Origin: Candidatus Bathyarchaeota archaeon
GTDB lineage: Archaea; Thermoproteota; Bathyarchaeia; Hecatellales; Hecatellaceae
Assembly (NCBI GenBank): GCA_052246995.1
Contig: JBQPWD010000003.1
Location: 147,988-211,987 of the forward strand
Length of the DNA: 64,000 nt
Direction: 5' to 3'
Part shown: positions 1-10,680 of the stretch, piece after piece
How the letters are laid out: the number at the start of each line of letters is the position of its first letter
Numbering within the stretch: the first letter of the stretch is position 1
Made by a program: the position numbers and the translations under genes
Notes under the pieces: generated by a model
Database searches by the model: none
Told to the model about the DNA's origin: nothing
Seen by the model: only the letters and a program-made list of their open reading frames with translations

Positions 1-304
1 AGAAAATGAGACAGCCTTATATGCTTACTTTAACAACCTTCCAGTTAGGAAAGCAAACTGTCCATATACTGTTGGTTCAAGACTTTTGGAGAGAAAAAAA
101 CTTCTAGAAGTTTTTTCAAAAGAAAATCCAAGTTTTAAATATCAACTCCTCTCGGTTTTTCTAAAAAAGCTAATTCCAATTTTAGAGGAGAAAGAAAAAG
201 AAAAGGTTTCCGGTACATGTGAAGTTTGTGGTTTTCCAGCCTCTACCAAAATTTGTGGAAGTTGTAGAAGAATTATAGAGATAAAATCTATCTTAAAAAA
301 GTAG
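1..304 (+). CDS. tRNA 2-thiolation protein TtuA/Ncs6 family, C-terminal part (runs off the window start)
   Basis: The frame from nt 2 is open: ENETALYAYFNNLP...CPY, with a C-terminal Zn finger CEVCG...CGSC typical of TtuA/Ctu1. Confidence 0.75.
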   Translation, partial: ENETALYAYFNNLPVRKANCPYTVGSRLLERKKLLEVFSKENPSFKYQLLSVFLKKLIPILEEKEKEKVSGTCEVCGFPASTKICGSCRRIIEIKSILKK

Positions 305-570
305 AAGCCCAGGCTACACCTTTAGTTTCCTTTAATACTTTTGGACACATTTAACTAGAATTTTTCCATCTTTCATAGTAAGCTCCTTGCCTTCATCAGT
401 TTTTAATCTGTTTCTATTGTTTATCATGTCTAAGTAAAGCAACAATGCTCTTCTCTAGATTCATGTATCATCTTGACACTTTTTAACCTACCTCATAATT
501 TTTATGTTTAAACACAAAACACTCTAAGCTTAGTTTCTTGTAGCTTTAGAACTATCCAAACATTTGGCTA

Positions 571-1779
571 TCACTCGAGTGAACGAGAAATTTCCTCAAT
601 GATTGATAAAAATTTTTCTACCTCCTCAACAGTGTTATAAAGGTATGTTGATACACGCACAGTTCCCTGAGGCTTACCAAGTATAAACTTAACTAGTGGG
701 TGTGCACAGTGTAACCCCGACCTTACAGCAATAGCTTTAGAATCAAGTATTAATGCTAAATCATGAGGGTTTAAGTTTTTAACGTTAAAGGAGGTTACTC
801 CTATCTTAAACTCAGGTTTTGGTCCGTATACTTCCACGCCTGATATTCTTACCAACCCATCATAAATCTTTCTAGATAACATTTTTTCATGTTGCTCTAT
901 ATTTTCAAGTCCTACGCTTTTTAAATATTCAGCAGCAGCCTTTAACCCTATTACTTCACCTATAGCTGGTGTTCCTGCCTCAAATTTTGACGGGCCTTTA
1001 AGAAGCCTATAGTCATCAATATTAACAGCCTCCACAGTTCCTCCACCAACATAGATTGGTGTTAAACTTTCCATCAACTCTTCACGCATATAAAGGACGC
1101 CTGATCCTGTTGGCCCACACATTTTGTGACCTGAAAAAGTAAAAAAATCGCAATCTACTTTGTTTACATTTATTTTTATGTGAGGTGTTGATTGTGCCCC
1201 ATCTACAAGTACCCTCGCACCGTGTTTGTGAGCTATTTCCACTATTTCCTTGACTGGTGATAAGACTCCTAGAACATTTGAAGCATGGGTTACAGCTACA
1301 ATCTTTGTTCGGTCATCTATAGCTTTTTCAAAATCTGAGAGTTTTAGGAAGCCCTCTGTTGTTGGTTTAATATACTCGACTTTAACCCCGTAAAGCTCAC
1401 TGCAACGTATCCATGGTAAAAGGTTTGAGTGATGCTCTAAAAGAGTTGTAACAACTTTATCGTTTTTCTTAAAATTTATACTATGGGCAACTATGTTTAC
1501 TCCTTCAGTAGCGTTTTTAACAAAAATAATTTCCTCTTTTGATTTTGCACCTATAAAGTTGGCAATTACCTTTCTAGCATCTTCGTACTCTTTACTAGCT
1601 CTTTGTGAAGAACTGTACAACCCTCTTTCAATGTTTGCACGGTATTCAATGTAATACTCTAACATTTTATCTATAACTGGTTTTGGTGTTAAGCTGCTGG
1701 CCGCGTTATCAAGGTATATAATTCCAGATTTTAGCTGTGGAAAATCTTTTCTTATCTTTTTAACGTTTAACATCTTCAA
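571..1779 (-). CDS. sufS: Cysteine desulfurase, SufS type (PLP)
   Basis: YLDNAAS, EHHSN, SGHKM (PLP Lys) and RSGLHCA (catalytic Cys) motifs. Confidence 0.9.
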   Translation of the reverse strand: MKMLNVKKIRKDFPQLKSGIIYLDNAASSLTPKPVIDKMLEYYIEYRANIERGLYSSSQRASKEYEDARKVIANFIGAKSKEEIIFVKNATEGVNIVAHSINFKKNDKVVTTLLEHHSNLLPWIRCSELYGVKVEYIKPTTEGFLKLSDFEKAIDDRTKIVAVTHASNVLGVLSPVKEIVEIAHKHGARVLVDGAQSTPHIKINVNKVDCDFFTFSGHKMCGPTGSGVLYMREELMESLTPIYVGGGTVEAVNIDDYRLLKGPSKFEAGTPAIGEVIGLKAAAEYLKSVGLENIEQHEKMLSRKIYDGLVRISGVEVYGPKPEFKIGVTSFNVKNLNPHDLALILDSKAIAVRSGLHCAHPLVKFILGKPQGTVRVSTYLYNTVEEVEKFLSIIEEISRSLE

Positions 1780-1948
1780 TCTCCAGTTGTCACTCCTTGA
1801 AGTAAGTTAAGAATAGAATTTTTAATTTTTTGCTAATTATGTTAAGATTTGAAACATGTTTAATTTTTTATCTTTATTTTTATAAATTTTAGAGCAGAGT
1901 TCTTAAATCTAGGGTTAAAGTCTATATTTTCACAGTAGCCGAACTCTT

Positions 1949-1970
1949 ACACCTCCCAAAAGGGAGGTGT
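1949..1970 (+). promoter_or_regulatory. Perfect 9-bp hairpin sequestering the Shine-Dalgarno sequence of the downstream ORF
   Basis: ACACCTCCC-AAAA-GGGAGGTGT. The 3' arm contains GGAGGTG, 5 nt before the ATG at 1975. Confidence 0.55.
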
Positions 1971-1974
1971 TTTC

Positions 1975-2241
1975 ATGTTTCCCCCAACCATTAGGCTTGT
2001 TAGAGGTTACATTATAGACTACTTAGTGGACAGTCTAGAGGGAAGCGTTAACCCTGAAAAAGTTTTTAGCAATATAAGAGGAATCATATTATCAAAACAG
2101 TTAACATTAGATGAAGTTTTAAACACAATTGACAACATTGAACATGACCCACTTTGCCTGCCTTATCTTCCAAAAATAGAAAAAATAAGAAGACTTAGAA
2201 GGCTTAGAAAACTGTTATCAGAATTATCTAGTATTGAGTAA
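1975..2241 (+). CDS. Hypothetical protein, 88 aa
   Basis: ORF with a strong SD. No recognised motif. Confidence 0.6.
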   Translation: MFPPTIRLVRGYIIDYLVDSLEGSVNPEKVFSNIRGIILSKQLTLDEVLNTIDNIEHDPLCLPYLPKIEKIRRLRRLRKLLSELSSIE

Positions 2242-2260
2242 ACAGCTTAAACTAAATATT

Positions 2261-2355
2261 TTTTTACTGGCAATTGCTGCATATCATGCAGTTAACAGAA
2301 AGTTTAAGTTTGAGCTAGAGTTTTGCAGGAGTAAGCATAATTTTGCCAGTAAAAA
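2261..2355. repeat. 13-bp inverted repeat enclosing a structured intergenic segment
   Basis: TTTTTACTGGCAA (2261-2273) / TTGCCAGTAAAAA (2343-2355), with internal hairpin CTGCAT-ATC-ATGCAG (2277-2291). Confidence 0.6.
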
Positions 2356-2427
2356 GGACTATTCCGATAAAAACTTATAGATAAGGTTTTATAATTTGTT
2401 TAAGCTTAATTTAATGGGTATGGAGTA

Positions 2428-3033
2428 ATGTATCGTGAACACCTAATTCCTGGAGCAACAACTGTCGGTGTTACATGTAAAGACGGAGTTATCCTGGCTG
2501 CTGAAAAAAGAGTTGCTTATGGCTATCTTCTTCTAAGCAAAACTGGGAAAAAAATTTTCAAATTGAGTGACAGGATTGGGGCAGCATGTGCAGGTCTTAT
2601 TGGTGATATGCAAATACTTGCTAGAGAAGCATCAGCTTACGCAACCATCTACGCTTTAGAAAGGAGGAGGCCTATTAGTGTTGGAGCTATGGCTAAACTT
2701 ATTGCAAACTTACTTTTTGAAAGAAGACTCTTCCCACTAATAACTCAAACAATAATTGGTGGGGTTGATGATGAAGGGTCGCATGTTTACGTACTTGATC
2801 CCTTAGGATCTGTTATACCCGATAAATATGCTAGTGTAGGTTCTGGTGCTGAAATTGCCACAGGTATTTTGGAGGCTGAATATAAGGACGGCCTAACCGT
2901 TGAACAAGGTAAAAATCTTGCTTTTAGAAGTATTAAGGCTGCGGTTTCACGTGATGTTCAAAGTGGGGATGGTGTAGATTTTCTAATTATAACTGCTGAC
3001 GGTTCAAGGGAAGAAAGTATAGACTTTAAATAG
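2428..3033 (+). CDS. psmB: Proteasome beta subunit
   Basis: Short propeptide then GATTVG (Thr nucleophile). GSG and RDVQSG motifs. Confidence 0.95.
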   Translation: MYREHLIPGATTVGVTCKDGVILAAEKRVAYGYLLLSKTGKKIFKLSDRIGAACAGLIGDMQILAREASAYATIYALERRRPISVGAMAKLIANLLFERRLFPLITQTIIGGVDDEGSHVYVLDPLGSVIPDKYASVGSGAEIATGILEAEYKDGLTVEQGKNLAFRSIKAAVSRDVQSGDGVDFLIITADGSREESIDFK

Positions 3034-3132
3034 ATAATTTTTAAGTTTTTTGTTCTTTATCTCCTGTTTTGCCTAACACCACATCCTTCCTGATCCTATT
3101 ATAGACTATATTAACTCTTAGGTTGAAGATAA

Positions 3133-4278
3133 TTGGATAAATTTAAGCTTGTTAATGTTAATGAAGTTAATAAAATGTTAAAGAAGCTTATTTCAATTCC
3201 AAGTGTAAGTGGAAGTGAGCACGAAATCACAGATTATGTTGAGGAAAAACTTTTAGCTTACGGTTTTAACGTTGAAAGAATACTTGTTAAAGGTTGCGGA
3301 CCTACTCTTTTTGCTTACTATAAAACTAACCCTAAAGGTTTAAACCTACTTTTTTATGGTCATCTTGACACCGTTAAACCTGTTGAAGGTTGGGCTTTCC
3401 CTCCATTTAAACCTAAAATAATTGATGGTAAAATGTACGGACTTGGCTCATGTGACATGAAAGGAGGTTTGGCTGCTATCCTTGAGGCTTTAAAGAGGCT
3501 TACAAACCTTAAAAAACTTTATGGGAATATCTTTGTTGCTTTAGTAAGTGATGAGGAACTTTACTCTAGAGGTTGTGATAGCCTTATAAAGCTTGGAAAA
3601 CTTAAAGGGATTGATGCCGCTATTTCAGCTGAGTCTACAAGTGTTTCGAGAATGGAAATTGGACGTTTTGGTCGTGCAGTCTATGATATAATTGTGAAGG
3701 GTAGAAGCTCTCACGTTACAAATTTTAAAAAAAGGGTTGATGCCGTTGTTGAAGCCTCAAAGATTGTTTTATCCCTTAAAAAGCTGGGAGGTGAGGGAAG
3801 TTTTACTGTTTTAGCTATAAATGGTGGAACAGAGTTTTTATCAACTCCCGATACATGTAGGATTGTTATTGATAAACAGCTTAGTCTAAAAGAATCTAAA
3901 GAAGCTTTTTTAAGAAAGATTAAAAATTTAACCAAGAAACTTAACTTAAAATCTAGTGTTACAGTTAAAGTTTTTAAAAGGCCAACTCCGTACATGAAAC
4001 CTTATGTATTGGGTAGTAGGGGTAACAGAATAATTGAGGCTGTTGAAAAGGCTTGCAAAGTAGTTAAAGGTAGATTTCCAAAAAAAGTTGTTGGAAAATG
4101 TGTTGGAGATGAAAACTACCTCGTTGTTAGGGCGCAAATACCAACAGTAACCATTGGACCTAAAGGTGGAAATGAGCATTCGGCAAATGAGTACGTATAC
4201 CTTAATTCTGTTGCTGATGCAGCTAACATTTATCTATATTCAACATTATTCTTTTTTGGCGAGTTAAGGGGGTTTTGA
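3133..4278 (+). CDS. M20 family metallopeptidase/deacylase (ArgE/DapE-like)
   Basis: GHLDTV, GSCDMKGG, DEE and the C-terminal H (EHSANE) supply the metal ligands. Confidence 0.85.
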   Translation: MDKFKLVNVNEVNKMLKKLISIPSVSGSEHEITDYVEEKLLAYGFNVERILVKGCGPTLFAYYKTNPKGLNLLFYGHLDTVKPVEGWAFPPFKPKIIDGKMYGLGSCDMKGGLAAILEALKRLTNLKKLYGNIFVALVSDEELYSRGCDSLIKLGKLKGIDAAISAESTSVSRMEIGRFGRAVYDIIVKGRSSHVTNFKKRVDAVVEASKIVLSLKKLGGEGSFTVLAINGGTEFLSTPDTCRIVIDKQLSLKESKEAFLRKIKNLTKKLNLKSSVTVKVFKRPTPYMKPYVLGSRGNRIIEAVEKACKVVKGRFPKKVVGKCVGDENYLVVRAQIPTVTIGPKGGNEHSANEYVYLNSVADAANIYLYSTLFFFGELRGF

Positions 4279-7043
4279 TGAGTTTAACATCAATCTACGA
4301 AGTCTCTCTCTTTAAGGAAAAAGGTTACATTAGGAAAAAATGTATCTCCTGTGGAAGAAACTTTTGGACACTTAATCCTGATGCTAGCTACTGCGGTGAC
4401 CAGCCATGTGTAACCTACACCTTTATCGATAAACCTCCCACAAGTGTAAAGCTTAGCATTGATGAGGCTAGGGAAAATTTTTTATCATTTTTTGAGAGGA
4501 ATAATCACAAAAGAATAAAGAAGTATCCTGTTGTAGCTAGGTGGAGAGACGACGTCTACCTAGTTGGGGCTTCAATCTACGACTTCCAACCTTGGGTTAC
4601 AGATGGAATAATTCCTCCTCCATCAAATCCCTTAACAATTTCCCAGCCATGTATAAGGTTTACTGACATAGACCTTGTAGGTAAGTCTGGTAGGCATTTA
4701 ACAGAGTTTGAGATGATGGCTCATCATGCTTTCAACTATCCGGATAAAAGGGTTTACTGGAACGATGAAACAGTAGAGTATTGCTTTAGGTTTTTTACCG
4801 AAGAGATTAAAGTCCAACCTGAAAAAATAAACTTTGTTGAGGATATGTGGAGTGGTGGAGGAAATGCTGGAGAAGACTTTGAGGTAGTTATTGGCGGGAT
4901 TGAGGTTGCAACATTGGTATTTATGCATTATAAGCAGGTTGATGATAAGCTTATACCGTTAAAGATCCAAACTGTTGATACTGGTTATGGGCTTGAGAGA
5001 ATTGTTTGGCTTACAAACCAAACACCAACAGTTTACGATGCCGTTTTTTCACCATTTCTAAGAAAGTTTTATAGCTTAGCTGGAATTGAACCTCCAGAAA
5101 AAAAGATTTTTGCTGAAATATCCAAGCTTGCAGGCTCTTTTAGTCTTAAAGGTAAATCCAGTCTTAAAGAGTTTAGGTTAAACATTTCAAAGAAGCTTGG
5201 TTTAAGTGTTGAGGAACTTGAAAAAATAGTTCTACCTGTAGAAACAGCTTATGCTATTGCCGATTTCTCCAGAACCCTTGTATTTATGCTTGGAGATGGT
5301 GTTGTGCCGTCAAATATGGGTGCAGGTTATCTTGCAAGACTTCTTATAAGAAAAATTTTAAGAAACATGCACTATTTAGGCTTAAATTATCCTGTTACAG
5401 AGCTTATAGACTTCCAGATTAGGGAGGTTTCCAGAAATTTTCCTGAATATCTTGATAAAAGTGAGGTTATTCTTGATATGGTTGATGTTGAAGAAAGGAG
5501 GTTTAAGGAAACAATGCAGAAGGGTAAAACCATTATTAAAAAGTTGGTTGAAGAGGAAAAAGGTAGAATTTCTACAAAAAACCTTCTTATGCTTTACGAT
5601 TCTCATGGATTAACTCCAGATTATGTTTCACAAGTTGCTGGAGAGCTTGGGGTTAATGTAGAGATTCCTGAAGATTTTTACACTCAGGTTGTGCAAATGC
5701 ATGAGAAACTTCAAAAACCTGAGGTTTTTGAAGATGAAGTTCTTCTAAGATTTGAAGGAGAGGTTGAGGAGCTTCCTCCAACAAGACTACTATACTATGA
5801 AGATACATCCTTAAAGGAGTTTAAAGCTGAAGTTTTAAAGGTTTTCAAAGAAGGCTACGTGATTTTAGACCAAACATGCTTTTACGCTGAAGGTGGCGGT
5901 CAACCATCTGATACTGGATTTTTAAAATGGAATGGTGAGGAAGCCAAAGTTACTGATGTACGGAAAGTAAAAAACGTTATTCTTCATAAGGTTGAAGGAA
6001 AACTGCCAACTACAGGTTGTCATGTTGTAGGAGTTGTAGATTGGGAGAGAAGAAAAAGCTTAATGAGAAGTCACACCGCAACCCACATTCTAATTGGAGC
6101 TGCACGTAGAGTCTTAGGTGAACATGTTTGGCAGTCGGGAGCCTTAAAGGGTGTTGAAAGGTCGAGGCTTGATATATCCCACTATCTAAGGTTAACCGAT
6201 GAACAGGTTAAAAAAATTGAGAGGCTTTCAAATGATATTGTAACTAAAAATGTTCAGGTAAAAACATTCTGGGCTCCGAGAGAGGTTGCTGAAGAAAAGT
6301 ACGGTTTTAAGCTTTATCAAGGGGGGGTAGTTCCAGGTCGAGAGATAAGAGTTGTTGAGATTGAAAACTGGGATGTTGAGGCATGTGGTGGGACTCATTG
6401 CAAATTTACTGGTGAAATTGGCTTGATAAAGATCGTTAAAACAGAGAGAATTCAGGATGGTGTTGAAAGAATACATTTTGCTGTTGGGCCTCAAGCGGTT
6501 GAGTATGTTCAACAGGTTGATTCTAGATTTAAAGGTTTAAGCAGAGTTTTAGGTTGTTCTGTTGATGATGTTGAAAAATTTGTTGAAGGACTTATTAACG
6601 AAATTAAAGATTTAAGAAAAAATGCTGAAAAACTAAGAGAAAACATTGCCAAACAGCTTGCTGAAACGTTGTCAACAAGTATTAAAGAGTTTAAAGAAGT
6701 AAAGCTTCTTAAATATGCCTCAAAACTGGTTGATGTTGAAGTAGCAATAAAAACATTGGCTGAACTTACAAACGCAAAGCCAAACCTAGTTTCGGTATTT
6801 GTGGTCTTAGGTGAAAAACACGCTAGGGTTATTGTTATGATTGGAAAAGAAGCGTTAAAACTTGGTTTACATGCAGGTAAACTTGCTTTAAAAATTTCTA
6901 AGCTGGCTGGTGGAAGTGGAGGTGGAAAACAAGATTTTGGTCAAGGTGGAATTCAACATACAGAAAAAGCTTTAGAAGCTTTAGAAAATGTTGAAAACAT
7001 TTTACTTGAAGAACTAGGAGGGTTTAAAAGTGGAGAAAGTTGA
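4275..7043 (+). CDS. alaS: Alanyl-tRNA synthetase
   Basis: Archaeal N-terminus (CISCG..FWT), QPCIR, DTGYGLER, editing HTATH and CGGTH, C-Ala GGGK. Confidence 0.97.
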   Translation: MMSLTSIYEVSLFKEKGYIRKKCISCGRNFWTLNPDASYCGDQPCVTYTFIDKPPTSVKLSIDEARENFLSFFERNNHKRIKKYPVVARWRDDVYLVGASIYDFQPWVTDGIIPPPSNPLTISQPCIRFTDIDLVGKSGRHLTEFEMMAHHAFNYPDKRVYWNDETVEYCFRFFTEEIKVQPEKINFVEDMWSGGGNAGEDFEVVIGGIEVATLVFMHYKQVDDKLIPLKIQTVDTGYGLERIVWLTNQTPTVYDAVFSPFLRKFYSLAGIEPPEKKIFAEISKLAGSFSLKGKSSLKEFRLNISKKLGLSVEELEKIVLPVETAYAIADFSRTLVFMLGDGVVPSNMGAGYLARLLIRKILRNMHYLGLNYPVTELIDFQIREVSRNFPEYLDKSEVILDMVDVEERRFKETMQKGKTIIKKLVEEEKGRISTKNLLMLYDSHGLTPDYVSQVAGELGVNVEIPEDFYTQVVQMHEKLQKPEVFEDEVLLRFEGEVEELPPTRLLYYEDTSLKEFKAEVLKVFKEGYVILDQTCFYAEGGGQPSDTGFLKWNGEEAKVTDVRKVKNVILHKVEGKLPTTGCHVVGVVDWERRKSLMRSHTATHILIGAARRVLGEHVWQSGALKGVERSRLDISHYLRLTDEQVKKIERLSNDIVTKNVQVKTFWAPREVAEEKYGFKLYQGGVVPGREIRVVEIENWDVEACGGTHCKFTGEIGLIKIVKTERIQDGVERIHFAVGPQAVEYVQQVDSRFKGLSRVLGCSVDDVEKFVEGLINEIKDLRKNAEKLRENIAKQLAETLSTSIKEFKEVKLLKYASKLVDVEVAIKTLAELTNAKPNLVSVFVVLGEKHARVIVMIGKEALKLGLHAGKLALKISKLAGGSGGGKQDFGQGGIQHTEKALEALENVENILLEELGGFKSGES

Positions 7044-9921
7044 TTTTAAAGCTATCGAAGAAAAGTGGCAGAAGAAGTGGTCTGAAGCAAAAATTTTTGA
7101 AGCTGATCCTGATTGGGTTAAGCCTAAATGCTTTGTAACCTTCCCATTCCCTTACATGAGCGGACCTCTTCATGTCGGACATGCGTATTCAGCCGCAAGG
7201 GTTGATGTTTATGCTAAATATAAACGAATGTGCGGTTTTAATGTTCTTTTTCCATGGGCATGGCATTGGACTGGGGAAACTGTTGCAGGGGCTTCTGAGA
7301 GAATAAAGCTTGGAGATGAAAAGTTTATTCAAGCTTTAAGAGAAATTGACGGCGTTCCTGAGGATGAGCTTAAAAAGTTTGTTAACCCAGTTTACATGGC
7401 TGAATACTATACTCGATACAATAGGGAGGCTGTTAAAAAACTTGGTTTATCAGTAGATTGGAGAAGAGAATTTCACACATCATCCATATGTCCAACTTTT
7501 ACCAAGTTTGTTGAATGGCAATATCTAAAGCTTAAAGAAAAAGGATATGTTATTAAGGGAACCCATCCTGTTGTTTGGTGTCCTAAATGTGAAAGCCCGA
7601 CAGGCGAAGCTGATAGGCTTGAAGGTTCAGGAATTTATCCTGAGGAGTATACTCTGGTAAAGTTTAAGCTTGATGATTTTTACCTTCCAGCTGCAACATT
7701 AAGACCTGAAACCATCTTCGGTGTTACAAATTTATGGATAAATCCTGATGCTATCTATGTTAAAGCTTTGGTTGATGGAGAAAAGTGGATAATAAGTAGA
7801 GAAGCTGCCGAAAAACTTAAAGAACAGTTAAAAAAAGTCGAGGTTTTGGATAAAGTTAAAGGTTTAAACCTCTTAGGTAAAACTTGTACGGAGCCTGTTA
7901 ATGGACGGTTTCTCCTTATCTTACCAGGCTGGTTTGTAAAACCTGATAACGCCACAGGCATTGTTTACAGTGTTCCAGCTCATGCACCTTACGATTGGCT
8001 TGCTTTAAAAGACCTACAAGAAAGCCCTGAGGTACTTAAAAAATTTAACATTAATGTTGAGGATGTTAAAAAAATTAAACCAATATCAATAGTTAAAGTT
8101 GAGGGTTTTGGAGATTTTCCAGCTGTTGAAATTGTTAACAAAATGAATATTAAGGATCAAAATGACCCTAAAGCTGAGGAAGCAACAAAAATTATCTATA
8201 AGAAAGAGTTCCATACTGGAGTTTTAAAGGAAAATTGTGGAGACTACGCGGGTTGGCCTATTTCAACAGTTAAGCAGCAATTAATTGAAGATTTTAGATG
8301 TAAGGGCCTTTTTGACGTTATGTACGAGTTACCTGGAAAAGTTGTTTGTAGATGTACAACAAGCTGTATAGTAAAAGTTCTTCAAGACCAGTGGTTTCTA
8401 AATTATTCTAATCCTGAATGGAAAAAGAAGGCTCGGGAGCTTTTATCAAAAATGAGGATTTATCCTGAGGAAGCTAGAAAATGGTTTGAAGACGTTATAG
8501 ATTGGCTTCATGATTGGGCATGTACAAGAAAAACAGGGCTTGGATCCCCTTTACCTTGGGCAAAAGACTGGATTGTTGAAACACTCAGTGACTCAACAAT
8601 CTACCCAGCCTTTTACACCATAAATAAGCATATTAAAATGCATAGATTAAAAGCTGAACAGTTAACTGAAAGCTTTTTTGACTATGTTTTTTACGGTCTA
8701 GGGGATGTTGAAAAAGTATCAACGGAAACAGGAATACCTTCTAACATCCTTAATGATGTTCGCAAGGAATTCTTATACTGGTATCCAGTAGACTTAAGAA
8801 ATTCGGGAAAAGACCTTGTACCAAACCACCTGACATTTTACATCTTTCATCATGCAGCACTCTTTCCCCCCGAGCATTGGCCTAAAATAATAGGTGTAAA
8901 TGGCTTTATGAGGGTTGAAGGGGAGGAGATGCATAAATCAAAGGGAAACTTTATCCCCTTAAGGCGAGCTCTTGATAACGTAGGTGCTGACATAACAAGA
9001 TGTACTGTTCTACTTGCAGCTGAAGGTATGGATGACCCAAACTGGAAAAATACAAGCCTTATAGAGGTTAGAGATAACTTAAACGCGTTATACAACTTTC
9101 TTCTAGAAATTAGAGAGATTAAGGATACTCGTGAAAATGAAATACACATGGATAGATGGCTTTTAACATCTATTTATCATCATGTAGAAAAGGTTTCTGA
9201 GAATATTGAAGTTTTAAAAACAAGAACAGCTTTAGAAACAGCCCTTTACGAAGTTTGGAGAAGCTTTAGATGGTATTTTAGAAGAGTTGAAAAACCAAAT
9301 CGGGAAACCATTTTAAAAGCCACAAGCATATGGATTAGACTTTTAGCACCCTTCATACCTCACCTAGCAGAGGAGCTTTGGGAAAAATTTGGCGAGAAAG
9401 GTTTTATTCTAACCGTCAAATGGCCTAAAGGCGAAGTTGAACCTAGCCTTAAAGATGAAGTTTTAGAGGAGCTTATTCAAAATCTTTTTGAGGATACAAA
9501 GGATATTGTTAAAGTAATAAAATCTAAACCTAAAAAAATATTCTACTATACTGCATCAGGCTGGAAGTGGGAGGTTTACCTTAAAGTTTTAAGCAAGCGT
9601 TTTGAAGAAAATCTTGAAAAAAGAATGATTAAAGCCCTTATGTCCTCCTCTGAGGTGAGAGAGAAGGGTGCTTCAGCTGCTAAGTATGTTAAAAAAATTG
9701 TTGAAGACATTCTAAAAATGCCTGAAGATATTGCCAGTAAAAGGTTAAAACTTGGTTTTGTAGACGAATATGAACTCTTAATGGGTGCTAAAAAATTTTT
9801 TGAAAAAGAATTCAACACATCAGTTTATGTTTTTAGGGAGGATGACGAAGCCAAAATAGACCCAAAAGGCAAATCTCAAGTTGCAGAACCATACCGTCCA
9901 GCAATATTTATTGAAGAATAA
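7030..9921 (+). CDS. leuS: Leucyl-tRNA synthetase
   Basis: PYMSGPLHVGH (HIGH), ATLRPET editing domain, EMHKSKGN (KMSKS), terminal PYRPAIFIE. Confidence 0.97.
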   Translation: MEKVDFKAIEEKWQKKWSEAKIFEADPDWVKPKCFVTFPFPYMSGPLHVGHAYSAARVDVYAKYKRMCGFNVLFPWAWHWTGETVAGASERIKLGDEKFIQALREIDGVPEDELKKFVNPVYMAEYYTRYNREAVKKLGLSVDWRREFHTSSICPTFTKFVEWQYLKLKEKGYVIKGTHPVVWCPKCESPTGEADRLEGSGIYPEEYTLVKFKLDDFYLPAATLRPETIFGVTNLWINPDAIYVKALVDGEKWIISREAAEKLKEQLKKVEVLDKVKGLNLLGKTCTEPVNGRFLLILPGWFVKPDNATGIVYSVPAHAPYDWLALKDLQESPEVLKKFNINVEDVKKIKPISIVKVEGFGDFPAVEIVNKMNIKDQNDPKAEEATKIIYKKEFHTGVLKENCGDYAGWPISTVKQQLIEDFRCKGLFDVMYELPGKVVCRCTTSCIVKVLQDQWFLNYSNPEWKKKARELLSKMRIYPEEARKWFEDVIDWLHDWACTRKTGLGSPLPWAKDWIVETLSDSTIYPAFYTINKHIKMHRLKAEQLTESFFDYVFYGLGDVEKVSTETGIPSNILNDVRKEFLYWYPVDLRNSGKDLVPNHLTFYIFHHAALFPPEHWPKIIGVNGFMRVEGEEMHKSKGNFIPLRRALDNVGADITRCTVLLAAEGMDDPNWKNTSLIEVRDNLNALYNFLLEIREIKDTRENEIHMDRWLLTSIYHHVEKVSENIEVLKTRTALETALYEVWRSFRWYFRRVEKPNRETILKATSIWIRLLAPFIPHLAEELWEKFGEKGFILTVKWPKGEVEPSLKDEVLEELIQNLFEDTKDIVKVIKSKPKKIFYYTASGWKWEVYLKVLSKRFEENLEKRMIKALMSSSEVREKGASAAKYVKKIVEDILKMPEDIASKRLKLGFVDEYELLMGAKKFFEKEFNTSVYVFREDDEAKIDPKGKSQVAEPYRPAIFIEE

Positions 9922-9957
9922 ACACAGGAAATTTTTTCTTTATTTATTGTAAGGTTT

Positions 9958-10680
9958 TTGATGATGGTTGTCTCTGGTAAGCTTAACGATTTTTTAAGGT
10001 TTAAAATGGCTATTGAAGATTTTAGATACCTTCTAGATAGAGAGTATGATAGGGAAAGCGCATTAAAATTTATAGGTGACCATTATCAGCTTAACAAGCA
10101 GCTTAGACTCGTACTTTACCGTTGTGTTTACGGTTTCAAAAAAGCCTTAGAACATAAAGAAAAAAAAGTTTGCAAACAAGATATTCATGAAAGAAGAATC
10201 GGTATTGATGGTTATAACGTACTTATTACTGTTGAATCTCTTATTCAAGGTAAGCTGGTAATCTTTTGTGATGATTACTTCGTTAGAGATGTTTCAGCAG
10301 TACATGGAAAACATAGGATAACTCCTGTAACTCTGGAAGCCTTAAAACTGATTGCTAAAACTCTTAAAAACCTTAAACCTGAAGATGCAGGATTGTTTTT
10401 TGATTCTCAGGTAAGCTATAGCGGAAGGCTTGCCTTGCTTGCGAGAAAAATATTTCTGGATGAAGGTTTAAAAGGAGAGTTTTTGGCTGTAAAACAGGCT
10501 GACAATCAAGTTCTGAATTATGGAGGTATAGCTGTTAGCAGTGATACTGTTATAATTGACAAAGCTGAAAAAATTTTTGATTTAAGTGAAGAGGTTGTAA
10601 GAATGTGGAAGCTTACTAAACTACTAAATTTAAAAAAGGCCTCGCATATTAGGGAAATTTATAAAATTTTGCATGTTTAA
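9958..10680 (+). CDS. DUF434 family protein (PIN-like)
   Basis: D.RYLL.R.Y, IDGYNVLIT, DD.FVRD and SSD motifs. Confidence 0.75.
   Translation: MMMVVSGKLNDFLRFKMAIEDFRYLLDREYDRESALKFIGDHYQLNKQLRLVLYRCVYGFKKALEHKEKKVCKQDIHERRIGIDGYNVLITVESLIQGKLVIFCDDYFVRDVSAVHGKHRITPVTLEALKLIAKTLKNLKPEDAGLFFDSQVSYSGRLALLARKIFLDEGLKGEFLAVKQADNQVLNYGGIAVSSDTVIIDKAEKIFDLSEEVVRMWKLTKLLNLKKASHIREIYKILHV

Noticed and set aside
331-500. Short minus-strand reading frame (...KTDEGKELTMKDGKILVKCVQKY)
   Set aside because: Under 40 codons with no recognisable family. It may be a remnant, but this cannot be supported
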